Source of the DNA: Phycisphaerales bacterium
GTDB taxonomy: Bacteria > Planctomycetota > Phycisphaerae > Phycisphaerales > UBA1924
Direction: 5' to 3'
Assembly: GCA_046342165.1 (NCBI GenBank)
Contig: JBKDPX010000013.1
Span: 1 to 32,110, forward strand
DNA length: 32,110 bases
This document shows, one piece after another, positions 1-8,967 of the stretch. The notes under the pieces are model-generated. The model saw nothing but the letters and a program-made list of their open reading frames with translations. It ran no database searches and was not told where the DNA came from. Numbering within the stretch: position 1 is the first letter of the stretch; every line of letters starts with the position of its first letter. The translations under genes were made by a program, and so were the position numbers.

Positions 1-13
1 GATGTGATCCAGC

Positions 14-3000
14 GTGCGCGTTCTTCATGCAAATTGGTCCGACGGCTACCTGCATCTCTGGGCGGAGCGGTGCGAATGGACCGCCGACTCATCGAAACAA
101 CCAGCGGATTCATTTAGCGCCGACGCCGGAGAGATCCGCGAACTGCTTGCACTGGCCGGCATCGATTGCACATCGACAGAATCTGCTTTGGATCTGCGGC
201 TGCCTTGCATCAATCGTGTTCCGATTTCTTCGCTGGGTGCCGTCGACGCACCCGATCCCTCGGGGATCTCAATCGAAACCATCCGAGTCAACACGCTTGC
301 ATTTCAGCCGGCCGCGGCGGCGTCGCTCCTGCTCGAACTGATGGATCATGAAGCCGTTCGCAATTGCGCGACATGGCATGTCGGCTCTGGCTTTCAGTAC
401 TTCCGCGAAGCCGCGAGATTGGCGCGGCATGTGCTCGCGCAGCAGCGCTTCGTCCCGATGCTGGTCCAGAACGTCGCAGGTGAATTGCACGGCTGTTGGT
501 ATCCGTGGCTGAGTGACACGCTGACCGCTGATCGAGTATCCAAGCTTGTTTCGTCGATGCCCGCCGCTGCGCGCTGCGTTGAGGATCATCATCGCCACTC
601 GGCGGGAACGGTCACGGAGGACTTCATCGCCGCTGTCGTCGATGAATGCTGCCGCACATCGCTGATCCGCGAAGATTTCGGTGCTGCACTGGATGAGCGC
701 GATCCCGAGGCTGATCCGCACGTCGCATGGCTCGCGACACTGCTCGCCGCTTCCCGTCGCGTCACGGGTTCGCCCGCACTTCGGCAAGAACTCGTCAAGA
801 GAGTCAAGGGCTGGATTTCGCTCCTTGAAGATCGCGGCGCGAGTTCAGCATGGCGATTGATGTTCAAACTCGCGGAACCGCCGAGCGTGAATCTCAAGCC
901 GCACGAGACGCCTGATCCGTCGGATCCGCTCTGGACCCTCAGCTTCCATTTACAGTCGCTCGAAAAGGCATCTCTGATCGTTGACGCCGACGATCTGTGG
1001 CTCGTCAGCGGTGACAGCGTGACTGTGCAGGGGCGTCGCATCGATCGTCCCCAGGAGTTGTTGCTCGGCGAACTCGGTCGCGCCATTCGTCTTTATCGAC
1101 AAATCGAATCGGTGCTCGAAGATTCCGAGCCGACCAAGATCGAACTGAACACCAAGCAGGCTTACGAGTTTCTCCGAGAGATTCGTCCTCTTTTGATCGA
1201 ACAAGGCTTCGCCGTTCAATGTCCGGAATGGTGGGACACGCCCGGTGCGCGACTGGGCGCGCGTTTGCGTTTGGATTCCCCGGACGGCGACCCCGCGGAG
1301 ATGCTCAAGCCGTCTTTCGCCGCGGCTGCGCAAACGTCGTTGGGCGTTGGCGCCCTCGTGAACTACCAATGGGAAATCGCAATCGGCGACACCACCATCT
1401 CGTTGCATGAGTTCGAGCAACTTGCGGGTCGCAAAGTGCCGCTGGTTCGGGTGAACGGGCGTTGGGTCGAGATCCGGCCCGAGGATGTACAGGCTGCGGT
1501 GAAGTTCATCCGTGAAAATCCGGGCGGCAAGATCCAACTTGCCGACGCGATGCGCCTCGCCTTCAACTCGGATCTGCGCGAAACCGGAATCGGCGTCGTC
1601 GGCGTGGAAGCCCGCGGCTGGCTCGGCGCGTTCTTGAATAGTGAATCGACCGGCGCAACCTTGCTCGAGGTTGAAACTCCGCTGAACTTCAAGGGAACAC
1701 TGCGCCCGTATCAAACCCGCGGCGTCTCGTGGTTGGTTTTCCAAGAACGACTCGGCTTTGGCGTATGCCTTGCGGACGACATGGGTCTCGGCAAGACGAT
1801 TCAGTTGCTCGCGCTGCTCGCCTGGGAGCGTGAATTCGCAAAGGCCGTTGCTGAGCACGCCGGACCTGACGCGCCTCCTCATCACCCGACGATTCTCGTC
1901 GTGCCCATGTCCGTCGTCGGAAACTGGATTCGCGAGACCGCGAGGTTCTGCCCCGATCTTCGGGTTCTTTTGCACCACGGTCAATCTCGACTCACCGGCC
2001 CGGAGTTCGAAGCGAAGGTTCATGAATATGACATCGTGATCACCACTTACGCGCTGTGCCATCGGGATCGTGAACTGCTTTCGGGAGTGAAGTGGGGACG
2101 CGTCGTGCTTGACGAAGCCCACTACATCAAGAACCCGGCATCCAAGCAGTCACAGGCCGCGCGATCGCTTCAGGGACTCCACCGCGTCGCACTGACGGGC
2201 ACGCCCGTTGAGAACCGATTGTCGGAATTGTGGTCCATCATGGACTTCCTCAATCCGGGGTACCTCGGAAGCGCCGGCGGCTTCCGGCAAAAATTCGTAC
2301 TTCCGATCGAACGTCATCATGACCGTGCGAGACGCGATCAGTTGCGGGGTTTGATCCGGCCGTTCATTCTTCGGCGACTCAAGTCCGATCCGTCGATCGC
2401 GGCGGATCTCCCGGCCAAGAGTGAAACCAAGGACTACCTGCACGCGACGCAGGAACAACGCGTTCTGTATCGCGAATGCACCGATCGAATGCTCCGAGAC
2501 GTCGAGGATGCGGATGGCATCAAGCGCCGCGGCATCGTGCTTGCAATGCTCGTTCGTCTCAAGCAGATCTGCGACCATCCTGCGCTGTACCTCAAGGAGG
2601 AAAAGAACCTCGTCTCGGCAACGGATGCGTCCCGTTCAGTCAAATGCATGCGACTGCTCGAGAAGTTGGATGAAATCGTCGGCAACGACCACCAGGCACT
2701 CGTCTTTACACAGTTCCGTGAAATGGGCGAGTTGCTGGTGCCGATGATTCAACAATCGCTGCAGCGCAATGTGCTCTTCCTTCACGGCGGTACGTCGCAG
2801 ACCCAGCGAGATGCGATTGTCGAACAGTTCCAGCGTGCGGACGGCAGTGCGCCGGTTCTCGTGCTCAGTCTGCGCGCAGGCGGCGTGGGTTTGAATCTCA
2901 CGGCGGCCACCCATGTGTTTCACTTCGATCGTTGGTGGAATCCCGCCGTCGAGAATCAAGCCACGGATCGCGCCTATCGCATCGGGCAGACGCGAAATGT

Positions 3001-3184
3001 GCAGGTGCACAAGTTCATTCTCTCCGGAACGCTCGAGGAGAGAATTGATCAGTTGATCGAGGAAAAGTCCGAGTTGGCCGAGACAATCGTCGGAGCGGGC
3101 GAAAACTGGCTCGCGGAGTTGAACACGGAGCAGTTGCGTGACATTCTGACCCTCCGCAACGACGCGATTGATGACGAAATCTGA
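14..3184 (+). CDS. SNF2-family DEAD/DEAH-box helicase with a long (~560 aa) N-terminal SNF2-associated region
   Basis: Uninterrupted 1056-aa ORF. Helicase motifs lie in the C-terminal half: LADDMGLGKT (motif I), VLDEAHYIKN (DEAH, motif II), ALTGTPVEN (III), and SLRAGGVGLNLTAATHVFHFDRWWNPAVENQATDRAYRIGQ (V/VI). The GTG at 14 is the first start after an in-frame TGA at 5-7. The N-terminus MRVLHANWSDGYLHLW resembles bacterial SNF2-associated-domain proteins. Confidence 0.9.
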   Translation: MRVLHANWSDGYLHLWAERCEWTADSSKQPADSFSADAGEIRELLALAGIDCTSTESALDLRLPCINRVPISSLGAVDAPDPSGISIETIRVNTLAFQPAAAASLLLELMDHEAVRNCATWHVGSGFQYFREAARLARHVLAQQRFVPMLVQNVAGELHGCWYPWLSDTLTADRVSKLVSSMPAAARCVEDHHRHSAGTVTEDFIAAVVDECCRTSLIREDFGAALDERDPEADPHVAWLATLLAASRRVTGSPALRQELVKRVKGWISLLEDRGASSAWRLMFKLAEPPSVNLKPHETPDPSDPLWTLSFHLQSLEKASLIVDADDLWLVSGDSVTVQGRRIDRPQELLLGELGRAIRLYRQIESVLEDSEPTKIELNTKQAYEFLREIRPLLIEQGFAVQCPEWWDTPGARLGARLRLDSPDGDPAEMLKPSFAAAAQTSLGVGALVNYQWEIAIGDTTISLHEFEQLAGRKVPLVRVNGRWVEIRPEDVQAAVKFIRENPGGKIQLADAMRLAFNSDLRETGIGVVGVEARGWLGAFLNSESTGATLLEVETPLNFKGTLRPYQTRGVSWLVFQERLGFGVCLADDMGLGKTIQLLALLAWEREFAKAVAEHAGPDAPPHHPTILVVPMSVVGNWIRETARFCPDLRVLLHHGQSRLTGPEFEAKVHEYDIVITTYALCHRDRELLSGVKWGRVVLDEAHYIKNPASKQSQAARSLQGLHRVALTGTPVENRLSELWSIMDFLNPGYLGSAGGFRQKFVLPIERHHDRARRDQLRGLIRPFILRRLKSDPSIAADLPAKSETKDYLHATQEQRVLYRECTDRMLRDVEDADGIKRRGIVLAMLVRLKQICDHPALYLKEEKNLVSATDASRSVKCMRLLEKLDEIVGNDHQALVFTQFREMGELLVPMIQQSLQRNVLFLHGGTSQTQRDAIVEQFQRADGSAPVLVLSLRAGGVGLNLTAATHVFHFDRWWNPAVENQATDRAYRIGQTRNVQVHKFILSGTLEERIDQLIEEKSELAETIVGAGENWLAELNTEQLRDILTLRNDAIDDEI

Positions 3185-3270
3185 ACCCCGACGCTGTCCC
3201 CTTCGAATTTCGTGGAACACATGGGATGACGGGGGGTCATATCCTCTAAGGCACTCTCAGGAGCCACTCC

Positions 3271-4686
3271 ATGCCCGAGTTCCGTGTTTATATCGCCATG
3301 ATCGCGGCACTCGCGATATTCGGCCCGATCGACGTCGTTGAAGCGCAGTCCCGACGCCCGCGAGTTCCCACCCAGGCCGATCCTGCCGCCCCTGCGGGCG
3401 AGCCCGACTCGGGAGTCGATCTCAATGCGCCGGAAATCGGGCCCTACCTTGAGCGCGAAGGACTCAAGGAGTGGGTGCTGACGTATCGCGTCAGTGTCTT
3501 CTCCGATCGCCCCGATCAGTCGATCGAAGTCACCGAGCCTGGTACCAACAAGCGCGCTCGAACGCCCAAAATTACTCCGTTCTCATTCGAAACGGTCGGC
3601 GTGGTGTTCCCGCGCGTGCCCCGCACCGGCTCGAGCGAAAGCGGCGATGCTGCGATCGATGAGAAGTCCGCCGATGCGGAGAGTTTCAAGGGGACGCTGC
3701 GAATCGATGGTAATATCGCTGATTCTCATCCAGAGATGCTCCGTGGATTTCCTTTCGGAGTGGAGCTTGGACGTTGGGACATCGGCGAGCGCGGCAAAAC
3801 CACTGAGGCGCGCCAGATCCAACTTGAGGTATCCATTCCGGTTCGGGCGTGGAAGGTGAAGTACAACGAAGCCGCCGCGTTGAAGGTCCCGTGGCCGCAA
3901 ACCTGGCCGGCGACTGCGCAGCAGGGACTCGAATCTCAGCTCTTTGTGGAACAGGGTTTCGATGCCAAAGGCAAGCTCGTCAAGTACGACTTCCAGCAGG
4001 TCGACCGAATGCTCGAGTTGTGGAAGAAAGAGTGGAAGATCAGCGATTTCAAGTCTGTGAATCCCGCCGCGCTTGCCAAGCTCGTGACCTCAAAGGTTTG
4101 GTCGGAGGTGCAGCCCTCCGGTGACGGCATCGGCATTCGCCCCAGAACCGGCGAACTGATGGGTGTCGAACTGCAAAATCCCGCCCGCACATTGACGACC
4201 GGAAGGGGAAGCGAGCATGACATCGTGGTGCTGACGGTTGCGCTTTTACGCAAGGTGGGAATCCCCGCTCGCACGGTGATCGGATATGACGCCGGTGATA
4301 AGAGCGATCGCTGGCTCGATAAAGGCACCAAGTCCAGCAAGCTCCGGAGTTGGGTTGAGTTCTGCTTGTACGACGAGGCTCGAAACACGGTGAATTGGAT
4401 CCCGATCGACATTCTCAAGCTCCGCCGCCTCAGCAATCGGCCAGTCCCGATCGACAAGGAATGGCGCTACTTCGGTACCAATGACGATCTCGATCGGATT
4501 CTGCCCTTCACCTTTCACTTCCATCCCCCGACCGATGTGATCAGTTATGGCGTTCCCGGGTTCTGGGGTTGGTTCATGACCCCCAAGCCCATTGATTCCG
4601 CGGAGCAATCGATCACGATGAGCGCTACTTCAAAGGCAATGCGCGGCGGCGAGAAAGAAGACCCACGGCCTGCCCGGGGCAAATGA
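3271..4686 (+). CDS. Secreted transglutaminase-like-fold protein, with the catalytic Cys and His positions both Ser (probable pseudoenzyme)
   Basis: AGGAG lies 8 nt upstream of the ATG. The N-terminal signal-like segment is MIAALAIFGPIDVVEAQ. The core GRGSEHDIVVLTVALLRKVGIPARTVIGYD ... RSWVEF ... NWIPID aligns to the transglutaminase-like pattern GxCxxFA...LLRAxGIPARxVxGY ... HAWxE ... WxxxD. Confidence 0.65.
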   Translation: MPEFRVYIAMIAALAIFGPIDVVEAQSRRPRVPTQADPAAPAGEPDSGVDLNAPEIGPYLEREGLKEWVLTYRVSVFSDRPDQSIEVTEPGTNKRARTPKITPFSFETVGVVFPRVPRTGSSESGDAAIDEKSADAESFKGTLRIDGNIADSHPEMLRGFPFGVELGRWDIGERGKTTEARQIQLEVSIPVRAWKVKYNEAAALKVPWPQTWPATAQQGLESQLFVEQGFDAKGKLVKYDFQQVDRMLELWKKEWKISDFKSVNPAALAKLVTSKVWSEVQPSGDGIGIRPRTGELMGVELQNPARTLTTGRGSEHDIVVLTVALLRKVGIPARTVIGYDAGDKSDRWLDKGTKSSKLRSWVEFCLYDEARNTVNWIPIDILKLRRLSNRPVPIDKEWRYFGTNDDLDRILPFTFHFHPPTDVISYGVPGFWGWFMTPKPIDSAEQSITMSATSKAMRGGEKEDPRPARGK

Positions 4687-4748
4687 ATCCAAGACCCCGG
4701 CCTGGCGTTATAATCCGGAGCCCGCAGTTTGAAATACGGAGTAGTGGC

Positions 4749-5705
4749 ATGAGATCCAGCAGAAGTTCCTCCCCGGCATTCACGTTGATCGAACTTCTGA
4801 TCGTTGTCGCGCTCATTGCGGCGCTGATCTCCATCACGGTCGTCGTTGGCGGGAAGGTGATCGCTTCCGGCAAGAGAAGCACCACCGAAAATGTGATTCA
4901 GATTCTCGATATCGCGCTTCAGTCGGTCTCGGATGGTTCGAAAGGCATTCCCGCGACCGTGACGATCCCGGAATTTGAAGTCGCATCCGGAGTGAACGTC
5001 GGACAGACACCCCGCGAGATCGTCTGGCCGATGTCCGATCTTCGTAACTGCGACTATATTGTGGCGAACGATCCCGCATCCCCGCACATGATCAACAGCG
5101 TGGGGTTGTTCATGTATTACGTTTCGAAGAGCGGGAACGAAACCGCAAAGGCCGCATTAAGCAAACTGCCTCAAAAGCTGACCGGACTTTACGATCCCGA
5201 TCTCGGACCCAACGGCCCGACGATTATGAGAGTCGTGAACTCTTCAGGCGAGATACGGACCTGGGATGGATCGCAGTTCGAATTGATGACTGCCTTCGAT
5301 GGCTGGGGTCGTCCGATCCGCATGGCACACCCCGCGCTCGATGGCATCATCGGACTGGGGAGCATGTCTTCGGCGCTTCGCATGCGTCCGACCAAGCTCA
5401 CGGAGCCTGAGTTCAGCGGTATCCGAGTGAATGTGTCCAGCCCCAATTGGATCTGGGGTAGCCTGCAGGTTCGCCGAGACTTCCGCTCCGGGTCCGCCGC
5501 CGACGCGGCAAACGGAGGTGGAGATCCCTCCGCCGACAGCGACTGCGGACAGTGCGAGGGGGCGACGCCGTACTTCTACTCCGCCGGCGCGGATGGTAAA
5601 GTCGGCTTCGAGGGCGAAACCAATAACGACGAGGACAACGTTTACACTCGCCTACCCAAGTATCCCAATGCGCGGAAAACCTATTCCCCTTCGAATAATC
5701 CTTGA
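4749..5705 (+). CDS. Prepilin-type N-terminal cleavage/methylation domain protein, GspG-like pseudopilin
   Basis: I moved the start to the ATG at 4749, with GGAG at 4738-4741, instead of the track start at 4683. The N-terminus is [29 protein letters not shown], and a C-terminal FYSAGADGKVG resembles the SxGxDG motif of major pseudopilins. Confidence 0.75.
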   Translation: MRSSRSSSPAFTLIELLIVVALIAALISITVVVGGKVIASGKRSTTENVIQILDIALQSVSDGSKGIPATVTIPEFEVASGVNVGQTPREIVWPMSDLRNCDYIVANDPASPHMINSVGLFMYYVSKSGNETAKAALSKLPQKLTGLYDPDLGPNGPTIMRVVNSSGEIRTWDGSQFELMTAFDGWGRPIRMAHPALDGIIGLGSMSSALRMRPTKLTEPEFSGIRVNVSSPNWIWGSLQVRRDFRSGSAADAANGGGDPSADSDCGQCEGATPYFYSAGADGKVGFEGETNNDEDNVYTRLPKYPNARKTYSPSNNP

Positions 5706-5813
5706 TGGTCCCGGCCGCTTTCACCGAGAATAGAGCTTGTCGAAACTGTGTGCCTATACTCGTGGCGGCTTGCGGAACACTGCAAACCGAGTGTTCGAGT
5801 AGGTGATGGATTC

Positions 5814-5887
5814 CGGGGTGTAGCGCAGCTTGGTAGCGCGTTTCGTTCGGGACGAAAAGGTCGCTGGTTCAAATCCAGTCACCCCGA
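5814..5887 (+). tRNA. tRNA-Pro (anticodon CGG), no encoded CCA
   Basis: I folded the cloverleaf by hand. Acceptor is CGGGGTG/CACCCCG, D-stem GCGC/GCGC, anticodon stem TTTCG/CGAAA with loop TTCGGGA (anticodon CGG, G37). The variable loop is AGGTC, the T-arm is GCTGG-TTCAAAT-CCAGT, and the discriminator is A. Total length is 74 nt. Confidence 0.95.
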
Positions 5888-5899
5888 CTTGCAGAAATC

Positions 5900-5927
5900 C
5901 CCCTCAGGGCTCACCCTGAGGGGTTTT
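5900..5927 (+). terminator. Rho-independent terminator after tRNA-Pro
   Basis: Perfect 10-bp stem CCCCTCAGGG (5900-5909) / CCCTGAGGGG (5914-5923), with loop CTCA, followed by TTTT. Confidence 0.8.
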
Positions 5928-5958
5928 CACTTTTCGAGTCCTTCATGCAGGAGTGGCG

Positions 5959-7017
5959 ATGCATCAAGTCAGTGCATTCGGCGCGACCGGACCGACCTCA
6001 CCGATCGATCGTTTGATGGTGCCCCGCCGTGATGTCGGTCGCCATGACATTCGAATCTCGATCCTGTTCTGCGGGATCTGTCACTCGGATTTACACACCG
6101 CAAGAAACGAGTGGGCCGCGGTCATGCCAACGGTGTATCCATGTGTCCCGGGACACGAAATCGTCGGATGTGTGACGCAGGTGGGCGCGGCGGTTACTCG
6201 ACACAAAGTGGGAGATATCGTCGGTGTCGGCTGCTTAGTTGATTCCGACGGTTCTTGCCCGAATTGCAAGGATAACCTCGAGCAGTTCTGCCCAAACGCC
6301 ACCTACACGTACAACTCAGTGGACCGACATGGAACTGCTCCGGTCACATACGGCGGATACTCGCAGAGCATTACCGTGCACGAGAATTTCGTTTTGCGAG
6401 TTCCTCCGAATCTGGATCCGGCGGGTGTCGCGCCGCTGCTTTGCGCCGGGATCACCACCTATTCGCCGATGAAGCGCTTCGGAGTTCGTGGCGGTATGAA
6501 AGTCGGAGTCGTCGGTCTGGGCGGTCTTGGACACATGGGTGTGAAGTTCGCTCGCGCGTGTGGAGCACACACCGTCGCTTTCACGACATCTCCGTCGAAA
6601 TCAGATGATGCGATTCGATTGGGCGCTCATGAAGTGGTGATGTCCCGTGATCAATCCGCTATGTCCTCGCATGTCGGCAGTTTCGATTTCATCCTTGACA
6701 CCGTTTCCGGCGACCATGACATCAATTCGTACCTCGCACTGCTCAAGCGGGAAGGAACGATGTCATTGGTCGGAGCCCCCGAGCGCCCGATGCAACTCTC
6801 GTCTTTCAGTCTGATTTTCGGGCGCCGCAATCTCACCGGTTCGCTCATCGGCGGCATCGCGGAAACTCAGGAAATGCTGGATTTCTGCGGCAAACATTCG
6901 ATCGTATCAGAGATCGAAACAATCACGCCTGCGTACATCAATCAGGCCTATGAGCGAATGCTGAAAGGCGATGTCAGATATCGTTTCGTGATTGACATGT
7001 CTCGCCTTGGTGACTGA
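5959..7017 (+). CDS. Zinc-dependent NAD(P) alcohol dehydrogenase (cinnamyl-alcohol dehydrogenase / YahK-like family)
   Basis: ATG at 5959 is preceded by GCAGGAG (5948-5953). Motifs present are CGICHSDLH, GHEIVG, the structural-zinc cysteine cluster CPNCKDNLEQFC, and the dinucleotide fold GVVGLGGLGHMG. Confidence 0.9.
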   Translation: MHQVSAFGATGPTSPIDRLMVPRRDVGRHDIRISILFCGICHSDLHTARNEWAAVMPTVYPCVPGHEIVGCVTQVGAAVTRHKVGDIVGVGCLVDSDGSCPNCKDNLEQFCPNATYTYNSVDRHGTAPVTYGGYSQSITVHENFVLRVPPNLDPAGVAPLLCAGITTYSPMKRFGVRGGMKVGVVGLGGLGHMGVKFARACGAHTVAFTTSPSKSDDAIRLGAHEVVMSRDQSAMSSHVGSFDFILDTVSGDHDINSYLALLKREGTMSLVGAPERPMQLSSFSLIFGRRNLTGSLIGGIAETQEMLDFCGKHSIVSEIETITPAYINQAYERMLKGDVRYRFVIDMSRLGD

Positions 7018-7029
7018 AAAGAACTCAGT

Positions 7030-7878
7030 TCACTCCTTCGGCTCGCTCGGTTCCGCGACCTTGCGTGCATGTTGCTTGAAGAACGCGACGATCATCTCCG
7101 GTGCTTCATTCGGAAACTCGTGGCCGCCGTCAAACACGTACTCCACGCAAGGGTTCCCCGACGAAGATACGTATTCGCGGCAACCATCTTTGCGCAATTT
7201 CCCCTCGCCCTTGCATCCGTTCAATTCGCGCACCCGTTGCATCATCTTGCTTTGAAGCATGAAAGAAACGAGTTTGTCCTTCTTTCCTGCAATATGGATC
7301 GCGGGAAGCGGCTTGATCTTGCCCGCATGACGCAGGCCTCCCCCGGCGGAAGGCGCGACCGCGGCGAACACGTCGTCTCTGACGGCCCACAGCAGATAGG
7401 TGAATCCTCCGCCGTTGGAATGACCCGTCACGTACACACGCGCGGGGTCCATTCGACCTTCGGTGCGCAATGATTCCAGCACCGTATCAAAAAACTTCAA
7501 ATCGCGATCTTCATACTCGCCGGTTTGCTTTTGCCAACCGTTCTTCTTGCCTTCGGGATCCGTGATGCCTTTGGTCGGCAGTCCTTCCATGTACACACAG
7601 ATCGCCTCCGGCCAGATCTCGTGATATCCGAAATTCTTCGAAGCGCTCTTCGCCGAACCTCCGTGGCCATGGAACGCGAAAACGACCGGGCGAGGGCCTT
7701 CGATCGTCTGTGCAGGCATCCAGACGGACGCCACCCGTTTCGTATCACCCATCATCCATTCGCGCCGGACGAGTTCACCGCGCGAGGACTCGATTCGTGC
7801 GGGAGTTGCCGTTGCATCCTTCGGTTTTTCGGGCTGGATTCCCACGAGCACAAACAACATGGCAATAACAGAGAGCAT
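7030..7878 (-). CDS. Secreted or anchored alpha/beta-hydrolase esterase (PHB-depolymerase / carboxylesterase-like)
   Basis: I chose the start at 7878, where the minus strand reads GGAGGTCAGATG (strong SD); the longer track ORF runs into the divergent gene. The N-terminus MLSVIAMLFVLVGIQ is hydrophobic. The nucleophile elbow is GHSNGG, with HGHGGS upstream. Confidence 0.7.
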   Translation of the reverse strand: MLSVIAMLFVLVGIQPEKPKDATATPARIESSRGELVRREWMMGDTKRVASVWMPAQTIEGPRPVVFAFHGHGGSAKSASKNFGYHEIWPEAICVYMEGLPTKGITDPEGKKNGWQKQTGEYEDRDLKFFDTVLESLRTEGRMDPARVYVTGHSNGGGFTYLLWAVRDDVFAAVAPSAGGGLRHAGKIKPLPAIHIAGKKDKLVSFMLQSKMMQRVRELNGCKGEGKLRKDGCREYVSSSGNPCVEYVFDGGHEFPNEAPEMIVAFFKQHARKVAEPSEPKE

Positions 7879-7962
7879 CTGACCTCCGATATCGGGGAAG
7901 AACGAGCCAAAGTTCATGGTATTGCGCGTCAGATATCGCACGTTCGAGGTTACACTGTCTGC

Positions 7963-8442
7963 ATGATGGATCTGACGCCGATCGAATTGACTGAACTCCC
8001 CGAAATGCAGGTCGCCGCGGTTCGACTGTTGATTCCGCGTGCCCGTATCGGCGAAGTGATGGGGCCGGCGATCGGCGCGATTTTCCGAACGCTCGCACAG
8101 CAGTCTGTGCGCGCAATCGGACCGGTCTGCACCCATCATTTCAGAATCGATCCTCTGGTGTTTGATTTTGAAGTCGCCGTTCCCGTGAACGCGGCAATCA
8201 CGCAGGATGTCGATGTGCAGCCATCGATCATCCCCGCCTTTCGAATCGCGCGAACCATTTACTCCGGCCCATACGAAGGGCTAGGTGCCGCATGGCAACA
8301 GTTCGAGTCACAACTTGATTCGATGCATCTGATTCGCAGGCCGAATCTCATCGAGCGATACCTCCGTGGCCCCGAATCGGAGCTCCCGCCGACGGAATGG
8401 ATGACGGAACTCTGTCACGTCCTCGCTACGGACGCCGGTTGA
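7963..8442 (+). CDS. GyrI-like small-molecule-binding domain protein
   Basis: Only the C-terminal 159 aa of track ORF 7525-8442 look coding; upstream of that it is antisense to the esterase. The sequence MMDLTPIELTELPEMQVAAVR...YSGPYEGLGAAWQQF...PPTEWMTELCHVL fits the GyrI-like / AraC effector-binding fold pattern. Confidence 0.6.
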   Translation: MMDLTPIELTELPEMQVAAVRLLIPRARIGEVMGPAIGAIFRTLAQQSVRAIGPVCTHHFRIDPLVFDFEVAVPVNAAITQDVDVQPSIIPAFRIARTIYSGPYEGLGAAWQQFESQLDSMHLIRRPNLIERYLRGPESELPPTEWMTELCHVLATDAG

Positions 8443-8855
8443 ATCACCAGCAGGCGGGATCGAACCGCATCGGTCGGCATTCCGCACGCGCGGCTTCCGA
8501 GTCGCTTGCGAAACTTTGCGATCAGGCCGTATAGCGAATCTCGAATCATGCGAGGCAGATACTTCGCGATCGCTGCGTATCGCCACGGCTTGCCCAGATT
8601 CGAAGCCACGCCGATCACGGCGTCCGAATGACTGAGCGCTCGCCACGATCCGTCGTGAACAACAAAGATCATGCTCTCTGGGCCGGCGCCATCGATGCCG
8701 CAAAGCCGCAATACATCGCGGCCTTCAGCCGAGAGGCGTGGCGCAAAGCGAAAGCGATTCTCACGATCATGAGCCGCGATCCATGCTACTTGACGCGCGC
8801 AAAACGCGCACTCGCCGTCAAACAACACGATGAAGAGATTCGTTGAAAGTTCCAC
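8415..8855 (-). CDS. Thiol-disulfide oxidoreductase DCC family protein (DUF393)
   Basis: The DGECAFC motif lies near the N-terminus, as is typical of DCC proteins. I chose the GTG start at 8855, preceded by GAGAGG on the minus strand; no ATG lies closer to the motif. Its 3' end overlaps the convergent GyrI-like gene by 28 nt. Confidence 0.65.
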   Translation of the reverse strand: MELSTNLFIVLFDGECAFCARQVAWIAAHDRENRFRFAPRLSAEGRDVLRLCGIDGAGPESMIFVVHDGSWRALSHSDAVIGVASNLGKPWRYAAIAKYLPRMIRDSLYGLIAKFRKRLGSRACGMPTDAVRSRLLVIQPASVART

Positions 8856-8967
8856 GCAAATCCTCTCGCAGTGTTTTCGACTATGAAACTCGCACGGATT
8901 CGTCGCACGAGACGAACCGTTGTCCGAAACCCTCACAGCTTCGACTGACTTGGTGTATATTGCGCAT

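Noticed and set aside
950-2122. 390-aa minus-strand ORF inside the SNF2 gene, and similar long antisense ORFs at 20288-22198 (636 aa), 9964-10695, 24349-25062, 12076-12843 and 25249-25797
   Set aside because: Each is fully antisense to a plus-strand ORF with unmistakable family motifs (SNF2, DnaE2, M60, DUF1559, patatin, M20). Their translations are Arg/Ser/His-rich and low-complexity with no motifs. Long stop-free antisense frames are expected in GC-rich DNA.
5775-5796. Inverted repeat GAACACT-N8-AGTGTTC 18 nt upstream of tRNA-Pro (GAAC/GTTC-type half-sites)
   Set aside because: It has only a 7-bp stem, its spacing is unlike the imuA palindrome or known LexA boxes, and it is most simply a 5'-leader hairpin of the tRNA precursor. 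There is no second copy to support an operator role.
5748-6032. 94-aa plus-strand ORF between the pseudopilin and alcohol dehydrogenase genes
   Set aside because: It runs straight through tRNA-Pro (5814-5887) and its terminator, so it is not coding.
7886-7938. Palindrome CCGATATCGG (7886-7895) and a second GATATCG (7932-7938) in the esterase / GyrI-like divergent region
   Set aside because: These are short EcoRV-like palindromes that could arise by chance. The first lies at or inside the possible 5' end of the esterase gene, and no DNA-binding regulator is encoded nearby.
7879-8139. N-terminal 87-aa extension of the esterase ORF, and the 146-aa N-terminal extension of the 7525-8442 ORF
   Set aside because: The two extensions are mutually antisense and motif-free. 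Internal starts with a strong SD (7878) or at the beginning of the recognisable domain (7963) give sensible proteins and leave an 84-nt divergent promoter region.
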